A DNA stretch of 21,479 nucleotides from Alphaproteobacteria bacterium (GTDB taxonomy: Bacteria > Pseudomonadota > Alphaproteobacteria > UBA6615), in the NCBI GenBank assembly GCA_965261975.1, contig CBDHEC010000045.1:1-21479 (forward strand), read 5' to 3'. The first letter of the stretch is position 1, and the number at the start of each line of letters is the position of its first letter. Below are positions 6,559-16,392 of the stretch, one piece after another. Made by a program: the position numbers and the translations under genes. A model generated the notes under the pieces. That model saw nothing but the letters and a program-made list of their open reading frames with translations. It was not told the DNA's origin and searched no databases.

Positions 6559-8811
6559 ATGGCTGATCTCGCTGAAATTCAGGCCAAATATCTGCCGGCA
6601 ATCGACGCATTGCCACGCCGGGTGTTCGGTGAAGACCACCCGGCGGGCGACGGCCCGGCGGGATTCGAGCTCGTCTCCGACTACATACCCTCCGGCGATC
6701 AACCCCAGGCCATCGCCGACCTGATCGACGGGCTGAACCGCGAGGAAATGGACCAGGTCCTCCTCGGGGTGACCGGCTCGGGCAAGACCTTCACGATGGC
6801 CCATGTCATCGCCGAGACCGACCGTCCGGCGCTGATCCTGGCGCCCAACAAGACCCTGGCGGCACAACTGTTCGCGGAGATGAAGAGCTTCTTTCCGAAC
6901 AACGCGGTCGAGTATTTCGTCTCCTACTACGACTATTACCAGCCGGAGGCCTATGTCGCCCGGTCGGACACCTATATCGAGAAGGAATCCTCGATCAACG
7001 AGCAGATCGACCGGATGCGCCACGCCGCCACCCGTGTCCTGTTCGAACGCCGCGACGTGGTGATCGTCGCCTCGGTGTCATGCATCTACGGCATCGGCGA
7101 TGCCGAATCCTATCTGAAGATGACCAAGGTCTATCAGGTCGGCGACCGGGTCGACCGGACCCAGATCCTGAGGGACCTGACTGAGCTGCAATACCGGCGC
7201 AACGACGCCGCTTTCTTCCGCGGCACGCTGCGCTCGCGCGGCGACACGGTGGAAATCTTCCCCGCCCATCTGGAAGACCGGGCGTGGCGTCTGTCCCTGT
7301 TTGGCGACGAGATCGAGAAGATCACCGAGTTCGACCCGCTCACGGGCACGACCACCGGCGAGATGGAACGGGTGACGGTGTTCGCCAACTCCCATTACAT
7401 CACCCCGAAGCCGACCCTCGAACAGGCCCGCAAGACGATCAAGACGGAGCTCACCGCCCGGCTCGAGCAACTCCACGGCGAAGGCAAGCTGCTCGAAGCC
7501 CAGCGGCTCGAACAGCGCACGACGTTCGACCTGGAAATGATCGCGGCGACCGGCGCCTGCCCCGGGATCGAGAATTACTCCCGCCACCTGACCGGGCGCG
7601 CGCCGGGCGAACCGCCCCCTACCCTGTTCGAATACCTGCCGCAGGATGCGCTGCTGTTCGTCGACGAATCCCACATCACCGTACCCCAGCTGGGCGGCAT
7701 GTTCCGGGGCGACCTGGCGCGCAAGGGCACGCTTGCCGACTTCGGCTTCCGCCTGCCGTCGTGCGTCGACAACCGGCCGCTGAAGTTCGAGGAATGGTTC
7801 GAGATGCGGCCCCAGACCGTGTTCGTCTCGGCCACGCCGGGCGATTGGGAGATCAACCAGACCGGCGGCGTGTTCGCCGAACAGGTGGTTCGGCCCACGG
7901 GCCTGACCGACCCGGAGTGCATCATTCGGCCGGTCGAAACCCAGGTGGACGATTTGATCGCCGAGTGCCGGGATGCGGCCGCCAAGGGAAACCGGGTGCT
8001 GGTCACCACCCTGACCAAGCGCATGTCGGAAGATCTGACCGAGTATATGCACGAGCAGGGCTTGCGGGTGCGCTACATGCATTCCGACATCGAGACCCTG
8101 GAGCGGATCGAGATCCTGCGCGATTTGCGCCTGGGCGCGTTCGATATCCTGATCGGCATCAACCTGCTGCGCGAGGGACTGGATATTCCCGAATGCGCCC
8201 TGGTTGCGATCCTGGATGCCGACAAGGAGGGCTATCTGCGCTCCAAGACATCGCTGGTGCAGACCATCGGTCGCGCCGCGCGCAACGTGGACGGCCGGGT
8301 GATCCTGTATGCCGACGTGATGACCGACAGCCTCAAGGCCGCGCTCGACGAGACGGCGCGCCGGCGCAAGAAACAGGAGGCGTATAACGCCGAAAACGGC
8401 ATCACGCCGGAATCCATTCGCACCAACATCACCGACATCCTGCAGTCCGTGTTCGAGCGCGACCGGGTGACGGTCGAGATCGAGGATGACGAGACGACGC
8501 ATCTGGTGGGCAAGGATCTCCAGACCCACATGGCCGAACTCGAACAGCGCATGCAGACCGCCGCCGCCGACCTGGAATTCGAGGAGGCCGCGCGCCTGCG
8601 CGACGAGATCAAGCGGCTGGAGGCCCAGGAACTGGTGGCCATGGGCGCGGACCTGGATGGCTCGCCCTGGCGCGAGGGTGGCGACGGCGAAAGCGCCGGC
8701 AAGGTCCTAGCGGCCCAGCGCGCGGCGCGCACCAAGGCCAACATGACGAAGAAGCCACAATCCGGCAAAGGCAAAGGCGGTCGCAAACGCCGCGCACGGC
8801 GAGGGCCCTAA
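6559..8811 (+). CDS. uvrB: Excinuclease ABC subunit B
   Basis: [70 protein letters not shown] and a C-terminal UVR domain ([13 protein letters not shown]). Confidence 0.98.
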   Translation: MADLAEIQAKYLPAIDALPRRVFGEDHPAGDGPAGFELVSDYIPSGDQPQAIADLIDGLNREEMDQVLLGVTGSGKTFTMAHVIAETDRPALILAPNKTLAAQLFAEMKSFFPNNAVEYFVSYYDYYQPEAYVARSDTYIEKESSINEQIDRMRHAATRVLFERRDVVIVASVSCIYGIGDAESYLKMTKVYQVGDRVDRTQILRDLTELQYRRNDAAFFRGTLRSRGDTVEIFPAHLEDRAWRLSLFGDEIEKITEFDPLTGTTTGEMERVTVFANSHYITPKPTLEQARKTIKTELTARLEQLHGEGKLLEAQRLEQRTTFDLEMIAATGACPGIENYSRHLTGRAPGEPPPTLFEYLPQDALLFVDESHITVPQLGGMFRGDLARKGTLADFGFRLPSCVDNRPLKFEEWFEMRPQTVFVSATPGDWEINQTGGVFAEQVVRPTGLTDPECIIRPVETQVDDLIAECRDAAAKGNRVLVTTLTKRMSEDLTEYMHEQGLRVRYMHSDIETLERIEILRDLRLGAFDILIGINLLREGLDIPECALVAILDADKEGYLRSKTSLVQTIGRAARNVDGRVILYADVMTDSLKAALDETARRRKKQEAYNAENGITPESIRTNITDILQSVFERDRVTVEIEDDETTHLVGKDLQTHMAELEQRMQTAAADLEFEEAARLRDEIKRLEAQELVAMGADLDGSPWREGGDGESAGKVLAAQRAARTKANMTKKPQSGKGKGGRKRRARRGP

Positions 8812-8824
8812 CCCGGGATCAGCG

Positions 8825-9247
8825 CTACCCGTCCTCGGGGAGCGCGCCGATCTGCCGCAGCAATGCCAGCCTGTCGCCCAGCACCCAGACCTTCGAAATC
8901 TTGCCGCCGGCCATGGTGAACATCGCCACCCCGGCATATTCAATCCGCCGGCCCGTGGCCGCATGGTCAAACAGCGGCCCGTCATGGGTGCCCGTATAGG
9001 TCAGCCGCGCGACGGCACGGTCGTCGGTGGCGACGACGTCGTCGATCCGGTTGTGGAAATTGGGGAACGCGTTGCGGATGGTCTGCATGTAGCCCGCGAA
9101 CCCGTCATGGCCGTGCACCTGCAGCCCGATGGAGCCGCGGAAGTCGATGTCCGGATCGAGGATGTCGCGCATCGTTGCGTCATCCCAACTGTTCCACATG
9201 ACGTTGAAGAAGGTCTCGACCAGGCGCTGATTGTCGGCGGCGGACAT
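8825..9247 (-). CDS. SnoaL-like ester cyclase (NTF2 fold)
   Basis: 140 aa: AFPNFH..IDDVVA..DRAVARLTYTGTH.GPLF..AATGRRIEY.G......GGKI...W..GD...LLRQIG. Confidence 0.85.
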   Translation of the reverse strand: MSAADNQRLVETFFNVMWNSWDDATMRDILDPDIDFRGSIGLQVHGHDGFAGYMQTIRNAFPNFHNRIDDVVATDDRAVARLTYTGTHDGPLFDHAATGRRIEYAGVAMFTMAGGKISKVWVLGDRLALLRQIGALPEDG

Positions 9248-9252
9248 GTCCC

Positions 9253-9765
9253 CTACTTCTTCTTCCGCTTGACGAACAGGTCCGACATCCAGCTCCGGTA
9301 GTCCAGCCGCTCCTTGTATTTCTGGTGATAATCCTCGGCCTCCCAGAAGGTGGGGGCCGGCTGGATCGTGGTGACGATCGGGTCCTCGAACTTGCCCGAG
9401 GCCGCCATGGCTTCCTTCGAGGCGCGCGCGGCATTTTCCTGATAAGGGTCGTGGGTGAAGATCGCCGAGCGATACTGGGACCCGACATCCGGGCCCTGCC
9501 GGTCCAGCTGGGTCGGGTCGTGAATCTCCCAGAAAATATCCAACAGCGTTTCGTAGGTCACCACGGTGGGGTCGAACTCCAGATGCACGACTTCGGCATG
9601 GCCGGTGTTGGTATGGCAGACCTCTTCATAGGTCGGGTTCTTCTTGGTCCCGCCGGTGTAGCCGACCCAGCTGTGGTTCACGCCCTCGACCTGGTCGAAG
9701 ATATGCTGGGGTTCCCAGAAGCAGCCGGCACCGAAGGTCGCAAGCGCCACATATCGTCTGTTCAT
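9253..9765 (-). CDS. msrA: Peptide-methionine (S)-S-oxide reductase
   Basis: FGAGCFW, VGYTGG...NPTYEEVC...TGHAEVV, HDPTQLDRQGPDVGSQYRSAIF, FWEAEDYHQKY. GAGGAG RBS. Confidence 0.93.
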   Translation of the reverse strand: MNRRYVALATFGAGCFWEPQHIFDQVEGVNHSWVGYTGGTKKNPTYEEVCHTNTGHAEVVHLEFDPTVVTYETLLDIFWEIHDPTQLDRQGPDVGSQYRSAIFTHDPYQENAARASKEAMAASGKFEDPIVTTIQPAPTFWEAEDYHQKYKERLDYRSWMSDLFVKRKKK

Positions 9766-9791
9766 CGCGAAGCTCCTCTTCGGCGAATGGC

Positions 9792-10637
9792 CTAGCTGCT
9801 GGCCGGCGGCTCCGCCAGGATCGCCACGCGGCCGCCGCTCATCAGCTCGATTCCGGCACCTTTCAGGGCCGCGTAGGCGGCGCTGTTCACCTCGAACCGT
9901 GTGCGGAAGTAACGCGAGCTGGGCACCCAGTAGCGCAGGCCGAGAATGATACCGCCGTAGCTGAAGTCGTGAATCCCGACCTGGGGCGTGCTGCCCTCGG
10001 CCATGTCCGGATAATCCGCAAGCGCCTTGGCGATGGCCGAGATGGCGGCTTCGGGATCGCTGCCCGCCGCGATCACGATTTGCGATTCGACGATCCTGTG
10101 CGCATCCGAATTGACCAGGATTTCGCCGACGACCTTGCGGTTGGGGATGGTGATTTTTTCCTGATCCTCGCCAATGAGCGTGGTCGAGGAGAGGCTGACC
10201 TCATCGACGACCCCGCTGACATCCTGGACCAGGATCGTGTCCCCGACGGTGAACGGCCGGGTCAGGATGATGACCAGGCCGGCGCCGTAGTTCGAAACCG
10301 GCCCCTGAATGGCGAAGGAAAGGCCAAGAGCGGCGGCGCCACCGAGCGCGACGATCGGCGCGATATCGATGCCGAAATTGCTCAAGGTTATGATCACGAC
10401 GATGACGACGAGCAATATCTTCACCGCGTTGCCCGCGAAGCGCGACAGGGTGACGTCCAGCTCCTTGCGCTCGCACAACTTCGTGATCCGCCGGCCCACG
10501 AAGCCCGCGAATTTCAAACCTATCAGCAGGATCACCAGCGCACCGATGATCTGCAGCCCGTAGGCGATCGCGAACTCGGCCACGATCTCGATGATCGCAC
10601 CGACGGTTTCGAGCTGGGCTTCGACTGTTTGTTCCAT
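9792..10637 (-). CDS. mscS: Small-conductance mechanosensitive channel
   Basis: 281 aa with three N-terminal hydrophobic segments, LGGAAALGLSFAIQGPVSNYGAGLVIILTRPFTVGD, G.V.EVSL.ST, ITIPN. Confidence 0.9.
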   Translation of the reverse strand: MEQTVEAQLETVGAIIEIVAEFAIAYGLQIIGALVILLIGLKFAGFVGRRITKLCERKELDVTLSRFAGNAVKILLVVIVVIITLSNFGIDIAPIVALGGAAALGLSFAIQGPVSNYGAGLVIILTRPFTVGDTILVQDVSGVVDEVSLSSTTLIGEDQEKITIPNRKVVGEILVNSDAHRIVESQIVIAAGSDPEAAISAIAKALADYPDMAEGSTPQVGIHDFSYGGIILGLRYWVPSSRYFRTRFEVNSAAYAALKGAGIELMSGGRVAILAEPPASS

Positions 10638-10893
10638 GCTGCTTTCCCTGATTTTCCGGCGGGCTTTTCCGGCCCGGGACGATTGCCCACGAACCTATCG
10701 CCAAACTGACGGCCATACCAACCGTAGAAAGCGTGAAAATCATCTGTCGTGGACCGGATTTCCTGTCGACAAAGCGAAGAACAAACACGACAAACTTCTT
10801 GAAACACGCGCGATAGATCGCGATGTACGGGCATACCGCAACCTTCGCCAGTCCATATGGCGCGATCGGGGCTCAGACCCCGGGAGATCAAAG

Positions 10894-11865
10894 ATCAGTT
10901 ACACCGGCTTTCTTCTGGCAGCGATCGGGCTCGCGCTACTGCTGTTTTCGGCAGACTTCATGGTCCGCGGCGCCGTCGGGCTGGCGCGCCGCATGGGCAT
11001 GTCGCCCCTGATTATTGGCCTGTCCGTTATCGCCGTCGGCACTTCTGCGCCGGAGCTTGTCACCACGCTGACCGCGACCCTCGAGGGCGCGCCGGACCTC
11101 GCACTCGGCAATGTGGTCGGCAGCAACATGGCGAACATGCTGCTGATCCTCGGGGTTGCGGCCCTGCTTCGGCCCATTGCGTGCACCCCCAAGGTGATCT
11201 GGCGCGACGGGTCCATGGTGCTTGCCGCAACGGTCCTTTTCGTGGGTATCGCGATGACGGGAGTGTTCCTGCTGTGGCACGGTCTCGTCCTGGTGGCCGC
11301 GTTGCTTGTGTATCTCTACCTGACCTATCGGGTGGAGAACGCGAACGTCGAGAACGGCCTGCATGCCCATGAGGCCGAAGATGTGAGCGGCGTGCCCGAA
11401 CGGGTTTGGGTGGGCGCTGCCTACCTGCTCGGTGGCCTCGCCGGCACCGTCATCGGCGCCAAGTTGCTGGTCGACGGCGGCGTGAGTGTCGCCGAATCTC
11501 TCGGCGTATCGAAAGCCATCATCGGCCTCACCCTGGTCGCGATCGGCACCAGCCTGCCGGAGCTGGCGATCGTGATCGTTGCCAGCATGCGCGGACACAG
11601 CGACGTGGCATTGGGCAATGTACTGGGCAGCAACATATTCAACCTGCTGGGCATCACCGGTGTCGTGGCGATCGTGGCCCCGCTGCCCGTTCCCGACATC
11701 CTGTTGTCGTTCGATCTGTGGGTGTTGCTGGGTGTGACCGTCCTGATGTTGCCCATGATGCTGACCGAAGGCTGCCTCAGCCGCCGCGAGGGCGGGATTC
11801 TGATCTTCCTCTACGCGGTGTATTTGGCATTCCAGTTCGACAGCATCCGCTCCATGATCGGCTAG
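10894..11865 (+). CDS. Calcium/sodium antiporter (YrbG/CaCA family); start uncertain
   Basis: Two alpha repeats GTSAPEL...GNVVGSNMAN and GTSLPEL...GNVLGSNIFN. Start placed at an in-frame ATC following GGGAG because the first nearby in-frame ATG (10960) truncates TM1. Confidence 0.88.
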   Translation: MSYTGFLLAAIGLALLLFSADFMVRGAVGLARRMGMSPLIIGLSVIAVGTSAPELVTTLTATLEGAPDLALGNVVGSNMANMLLILGVAALLRPIACTPKVIWRDGSMVLAATVLFVGIAMTGVFLLWHGLVLVAALLVYLYLTYRVENANVENGLHAHEAEDVSGVPERVWVGAAYLLGGLAGTVIGAKLLVDGGVSVAESLGVSKAIIGLTLVAIGTSLPELAIVIVASMRGHSDVALGNVLGSNIFNLLGITGVVAIVAPLPVPDILLSFDLWVLLGVTVLMLPMMLTEGCLSRREGGILIFLYAVYLAFQFDSIRSMIG

Positions 11866-11943
11866 CAACGACCGGGCGACGCACGATACGCGGATGCGTG
11901 TAACTTGTGGTCCGGGCCGCCCGACGGGTATTTAGCTGGAGCC

Positions 11944-13974
11944 ATGACCGAGCAAGCCGAACCGAGCAACACGAATTCCGGGGACCCCGCCGGCGAGCCG
12001 TCGGCACGCGGGGTCGAGGTCATTCGTGCACAGCTGACGACCCTCCCCCACGGCCCTGGCGTCTACCGGATGCTGAACGCGGCGGGGGATGCGCTGTATG
12101 TGGGCAAGGCCCGCAGCCTGCGCCGGCGTGTCACGAACTACACCCAGCTCACCCGCCTGCCCTACCGGCTGCAGCGCATGGTCGCGGAGACGGTCGAGCT
12201 CGAGGTGGTGACGACCCATACCGAGGCCGAAGCGCTGCTGCTTGAATCCAACATGATCAAGCGGCTGACACCGCGCTACAACGTGCTGCTGCGTGACGAT
12301 AAGAGCTTTCCCTACATTCTGATCACGGGGCATGTGGACCGGCAGACCACCAAGACCGGCGCCGAGCCCGACGCGCGCAAGGCACGCAAGACACTCAAGA
12401 CCCGCCGCCAGAGCCGCACCGGCGCCGACCCGGCCGAATGGCCCGGGGTGATCAAGTATCGCGGCGCGCGGACCCTGCCGGGCGAGTATTTCGGCCCCTT
12501 CGCGTCGGCCGGATCGGTGAACCGGACCCTCAACGCCCTGGAGCGCGCCTTCCTGCTGCGCAGCTGCTCCGATGCGGTCTTTTCCGGCCGCACCCGGCCC
12601 TGCCTGAAATATCAACTCAAGCGCTGTGCGGCACCCTGCGTCGGCCAGGTGAGCGCGGACGAGTACACGACACTGGTCGACCAGGCGCGCAACTTCCTGA
12701 CCGGGCGGTCGCGCGAGGTCCAGGATGAACTGGTGGCGGCGATGCAGGACGCCTCCGAGCGTACCGAATTCGAGGCCGCGGCGCGGTTCCGCGACCGGGT
12801 ACGCGCGATGACCCAGATCCAGTCCAACCAGGACATCAACATCGAAAACCTGGACATCCGCGACGCGGATATCGTCGCCGCCGAGCAGGATGGCGGGCGT
12901 ACCTGCATCCAGGTCTTCTTCTTCAGATCCGGGCGCAACTACGGCAACCGGGCCTATTTCCCGCGCCACGACAAATCCGTGCCCCTGGAAGACGTGCTCG
13001 GTGCGTTCCTGGGACAATTCTATGAAAACAAGCCCGCACCGGCGGCGGTTTTCCTGAGCCACAAACCCTCGGAGATCGCGCTGATCGCCGAGGCACTGGG
13101 CGTACGCGCGGAACGCAAGGTGTCGATCACGGTTCCCCAACGCGGGACCAAGCGCAAACTGGTCGACCATGCACGCACCAACGCCCGCGACGCTCTTGGC
13201 CGGCGGCTGGCGGAAACCGCCACCAACCGGGATCTGCTATCCGGGGTCGCGGAACTGTTCGGACTCGACGCGCCGCCGGGGCGGATCGAGGTGTATGACA
13301 ACTCCCATATCCGCGGCGCCCATGCGACGGGCGCGATGATCGTGGCCGGGCCCGAGGGCTTCATGAAGGCGAACTATCGCCGCTTCAACATCAAGGGCGC
13401 GGCGGGCGACGACGGCGAGGGCTACAGCCCCGGCGACGACTACGCGATGATGCGGGAGGTCCTGCACCGGCGTTTCTCACGAGCCCTGAAAGAGGACCCC
13501 GAGCGCAACCGCGGCCAGTGGCCGGACCTGATCCTGATCGACGGCGGCAAGGGCCAGCTGACGGCGACGCTCGAGGCGCTGCAGGAGCTCGGCATCGACG
13601 ACGTGCCCACCGTGGCCATCGCCAAGGGGCCGGACAGGGATGCGGGGCGCGAACAATTCTTCGTCGCCGACGGCGACCCGGACGGGTTCCAGCTGCCGCA
13701 TGACGACCCGGTCCTGTACTACCTGCAACGCCTGCGCGACGAATCTCATCGCTTCGTGATCGGCGCCCACCGCCAGAAACGGTCCAAGGCGATCTCGAAG
13801 AACCCGCTCGACGAGGTGCCCGGCATCGGCGCAAAGCGCAAGCGCGCGCTGCTCAACCATTTCGGATCCGCCCGCGCCGTGGCCCGCGCCGGCCTGCAGG
13901 ATTTGGGACAGGTCGACGGCATCAGCGACACGGTCGCGCGGCGCATCTATGATTTCTTCCACACCAATGAATAG
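11944..13974 (+). CDS. uvrC: Excinuclease ABC subunit C
   Basis: GIY-YIG (PGVYRM...LYVGKA..LRRRV), EALLLESNMIK...PRYNVLLRDDKSFPY, CLKYQLKRCAAPC, RIEVYDNSH, PDLILIDGGKGQL, RDESHRF and HhH GIGAKRK. GGAG RBS. Confidence 0.97.
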   Translation: MTEQAEPSNTNSGDPAGEPSARGVEVIRAQLTTLPHGPGVYRMLNAAGDALYVGKARSLRRRVTNYTQLTRLPYRLQRMVAETVELEVVTTHTEAEALLLESNMIKRLTPRYNVLLRDDKSFPYILITGHVDRQTTKTGAEPDARKARKTLKTRRQSRTGADPAEWPGVIKYRGARTLPGEYFGPFASAGSVNRTLNALERAFLLRSCSDAVFSGRTRPCLKYQLKRCAAPCVGQVSADEYTTLVDQARNFLTGRSREVQDELVAAMQDASERTEFEAAARFRDRVRAMTQIQSNQDINIENLDIRDADIVAAEQDGGRTCIQVFFFRSGRNYGNRAYFPRHDKSVPLEDVLGAFLGQFYENKPAPAAVFLSHKPSEIALIAEALGVRAERKVSITVPQRGTKRKLVDHARTNARDALGRRLAETATNRDLLSGVAELFGLDAPPGRIEVYDNSHIRGAHATGAMIVAGPEGFMKANYRRFNIKGAAGDDGEGYSPGDDYAMMREVLHRRFSRALKEDPERNRGQWPDLILIDGGKGQLTATLEALQELGIDDVPTVAIAKGPDRDAGREQFFVADGDPDGFQLPHDDPVLYYLQRLRDESHRFVIGAHRQKRSKAISKNPLDEVPGIGAKRKRALLNHFGSARAVARAGLQDLGQVDGISDTVARRIYDFFHTNE

Positions 13975-14007
13975 CGCCCCTACGCATCGCAGCGCGGACA
14001 TGAGAGC

Positions 14008-14565
14008 ATGACCATTCCAAATATCCTCACCCTGTCCCGCGTCGCGCTGATCCCGGTGGTCATCGCGATGCTGTTTGCGGATGACCCGGCGATGCGCTGG
14101 TGGGTGTTCGGGCTGTTCGTCGTCCTCGCCCTGACCGACTATCTCGACGGCTACCTTGCACGGGTGCTCGACCAGGCCAGCGCGCTGGGCGCGCTGATGG
14201 ATCCAATCGCCGACAAGGTGTTGGTCGCCGCACTCATCGTGGCACTTGTCGCGCGCGGGGACATCACCGGCTGGGACGTGGCGGGCGCGATCCTGATTCT
14301 CTGCCGGGAGTTCATGGTGTCCGGATTGCGCGAATTCCTGGCCCAGCGCGACCTGCCCCTGCCCGTCACCAAGCTCGCCAAGTGGAAGACGACGGCCCAG
14401 CTCGTGGCCCTGGCGCTGTTTATTCTCGCCCCGCTCGCCGATCCCGGCCAACTGCTCGCGGTCTCGGCGGTCTGGTGGGTCGCGACCGCGCTGACCCTGA
14501 TCACCGGTTTCGATTATGTCCGTTCGGCCGCCCGGCAGCTCGGATCTGGCACGGGAGAGGCATGA
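14008..14565 (+). CDS. pgsA: CDP-diacylglycerol--glycerol-3-phosphate 3-phosphatidyltransferase
   Basis: IPNILTLSR, TDYLDGYLAR...S.LGALMDPIADK, REFMVSGLRE, AKWKTTAQ. Directly follows uvrC. Confidence 0.94.
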   Translation: MTIPNILTLSRVALIPVVIAMLFADDPAMRWWVFGLFVVLALTDYLDGYLARVLDQASALGALMDPIADKVLVAALIVALVARGDITGWDVAGAILILCREFMVSGLREFLAQRDLPLPVTKLAKWKTTAQLVALALFILAPLADPGQLLAVSAVWWVATALTLITGFDYVRSAARQLGSGTGEA

Positions 14566-15110
14566 TGCGCATCGCCGGAATCGTGGGGTGGCACGACAGC
14601 GGCAAGACCACGCTGGTGGTCGAGCTGGTCGCCGAACTGACCGCGCGCGGCTACCGGGTCTCGACCGTCAAGCACGCCCATCACGTCTTCGATGTGGACA
14701 CGCCGGGAAAGGACAGCTGGAAACACCGCGAATCCGGTGCCACCGAGGTCATGGTCGGCTCGTCGACGCGCTGGGCGCTGATGCACGAATTGCGCGGCGA
14801 CGACGAGCCGTCGACCCAGGAGCTGGTTGCCAAGATGAGCCCGGTCGACCTGGTGCTGGTCGAAGGCTTCAAGCACGAGGATCACGAGAAGATCGAGGTC
14901 TACCGCCAGGGGCTCGACGACCCGCCCCACGCCCTGCGGGACCCCAACATCATCGCCGTGGCCGACGACGGCGCAACGACCGGCTTGCCGGACGGGGTCC
15001 GGCGCCTCGATGCGGGCGACCCGGCCGGCGTGGCCGATTTCATCGAGCAACATTGGGGTCTGGCGCGCCCCGGTGATGCCGCCGCGAAACCCGACGCCGG
15101 GGCGGCATAG
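14562..15110 (+). CDS. mobB: Molybdopterin-guanine dinucleotide biosynthesis protein B
   Basis: GIVGWHDSGKTTL, VSTVKHAHH.FDVD.PGKDSW.HR..GA, DLVLVEGFK. ATGA overlap with pgsA (alternative ATG at 14565). Confidence 0.93.
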   Translation: MMRIAGIVGWHDSGKTTLVVELVAELTARGYRVSTVKHAHHVFDVDTPGKDSWKHRESGATEVMVGSSTRWALMHELRGDDEPSTQELVAKMSPVDLVLVEGFKHEDHEKIEVYRQGLDDPPHALRDPNIIAVADDGATTGLPDGVRRLDAGDPAGVADFIEQHWGLARPGDAAAKPDAGAA

Positions 15111-15114
15111 TTCC

Positions 15115-16392
15115 ATGGCGCAGCTCTCCGATGATTGCTTCGAGGCGGACGGCGGCCTGATTCCCGCCGAGGCGGCGCTGTCGTTGCTCGAGGCGCGGCT
15201 GACGACCATCGTCGACACGGAGACCATCGCACTCACCAATGCGGCCGGACGCATCCTGGCGGAAGATATCGTTTCGGACCGGGCGGTGCCGCCTCACGAC
15301 AATTCGGCGGTCGACGGCTACGCGGTCTATTTCGACGACCTCTCACCCGACGGCGACACCGCCCTGCCCGTCACGGGTCGGGTGACGGCGGGTCATCCAC
15401 TGGAGGGCACCCCCGCACGCGGCACCGCGGTGCGAATCTTCACCGGCGCGCCGATTCCTGGTGGGGCCAACGGGCCTGACACGGTGCTGATGCAGGAGGA
15501 TTGCCAACTCGAGGATCGCGACGGGCAGTCGCTTGTCCTGATCCCGGCCGGGATATCGCGGGGTGCAAACCGCCGGGACAGCGGCGAGGATGTCGCCCGC
15601 GGCCAAATCATCCTGCAGGCCGGCCAGCGGCTGCGCCCCCAGGACGTCGGGCTCGCCGCGTCCATCGGGCTGGCGGCACTCCCGGTCTTCACGAAACTCG
15701 TGGTCGGCGTGCTGTCGACCGGCGACGAGGTGTTCGAGCCGGGCGCCGATGCCCCGGCCGGCGGAATCTACGATGCCAATCGTCACGCGCTCATGGCCGT
15801 CCTGTCGGACCTCGGCTGCGATGTGCGCGATTACGGGATCATCCCCGACGTTGCCGGCCGCATCGAAGATGCCCTCAAGACCGCCGCGGCGGAATGCGAC
15901 GCGATTGTCTCATCCGCCGGCATGTCGGTGGGCGATGAAGACCATCTCGCGGCCAGCATCGAACGACTGGGCACGCTGCATTTCTGGAAAGTTGCGATCA
16001 AACCGGGACGCCCGATCGCGTTCGGGCAGATCGGTGATACGCCGTTCATCGGCCTGCCGGGAAACCCGGCCGCGATGATGGTGACGTTCCTGCGCCTGGC
16101 GCGACCGGCGCTGCTGCGTCTCGGCGGGGCCACGGATTTGTCGCCGCGCCTCTACCAGGTCCGCGCCGGGTTTGCGCATGCCAAGAAGGAGCGGCGGCGC
16201 GAGTATGTACGCGTCGCCCTGGAGACCGGCGACGACGGCATGCTGGTGGCGCACAAGCACCCGCGCAGCGGCGCGGGCGTTCTGACGTCGATGGTCGAAT
16301 CCGAGGGGCTGGTTGAATTGCCCGAAGAGATGACCCAACTCACGCCGGGAACGATGGTATCCTTTCTTCCCTTCACGGAAGTGGCGCGATGA
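15115..16392 (+). CDS. moeA: Molybdopterin molybdotransferase
   Basis: MAQLSDDCF, GRILAED, PPHDNSAVDGYA, RIFTGAP, STGDE, IKPGRP, GLPGNP. Confidence 0.95.
   Translation: MAQLSDDCFEADGGLIPAEAALSLLEARLTTIVDTETIALTNAAGRILAEDIVSDRAVPPHDNSAVDGYAVYFDDLSPDGDTALPVTGRVTAGHPLEGTPARGTAVRIFTGAPIPGGANGPDTVLMQEDCQLEDRDGQSLVLIPAGISRGANRRDSGEDVARGQIILQAGQRLRPQDVGLAASIGLAALPVFTKLVVGVLSTGDEVFEPGADAPAGGIYDANRHALMAVLSDLGCDVRDYGIIPDVAGRIEDALKTAAAECDAIVSSAGMSVGDEDHLAASIERLGTLHFWKVAIKPGRPIAFGQIGDTPFIGLPGNPAAMMVTFLRLARPALLRLGGATDLSPRLYQVRAGFAHAKKERRREYVRVALETGDDGMLVAHKHPRSGAGVLTSMVESEGLVELPEEMTQLTPGTMVSFLPFTEVAR

Noticed and set aside
6289-7023. 244-aa minus-strand ORF
   Set aside because: Mostly antisense to uvrB. 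Only the last 44 codons have an RBS and a protein-like pattern.
7078-8529. 483-aa antisense ORF, and similar long shadows (190..1290, 4717..5700, 10936..11868, 11932..13170, 17057..17926, 19462..20343)
   Set aside because: They lie on the opposite strand or an alternate frame of well-supported genes, which is expected in high-GC DNA, and show no recognisable motifs.
10770-10800. LexA-like GAAC-N7-GAAC site (GAACAAACACGACAA); also sought upstream of uvrB and uvrC
   Set aside because: The second half-site does not match, and no alphaproteobacterial SOS box was seen before either uvr gene.
10591-10893. Long N-terminal extension of the antiporter in the ORF track
   Set aside because: It overlaps the divergent mscS start and intergenic DNA, and is hydrophilic and unlike the family.
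14100-14561. Apparent 336-aa extended MobB
   Set aside because: The extension is an alternate frame of pgsA. MobB starts at the ATGA overlap.
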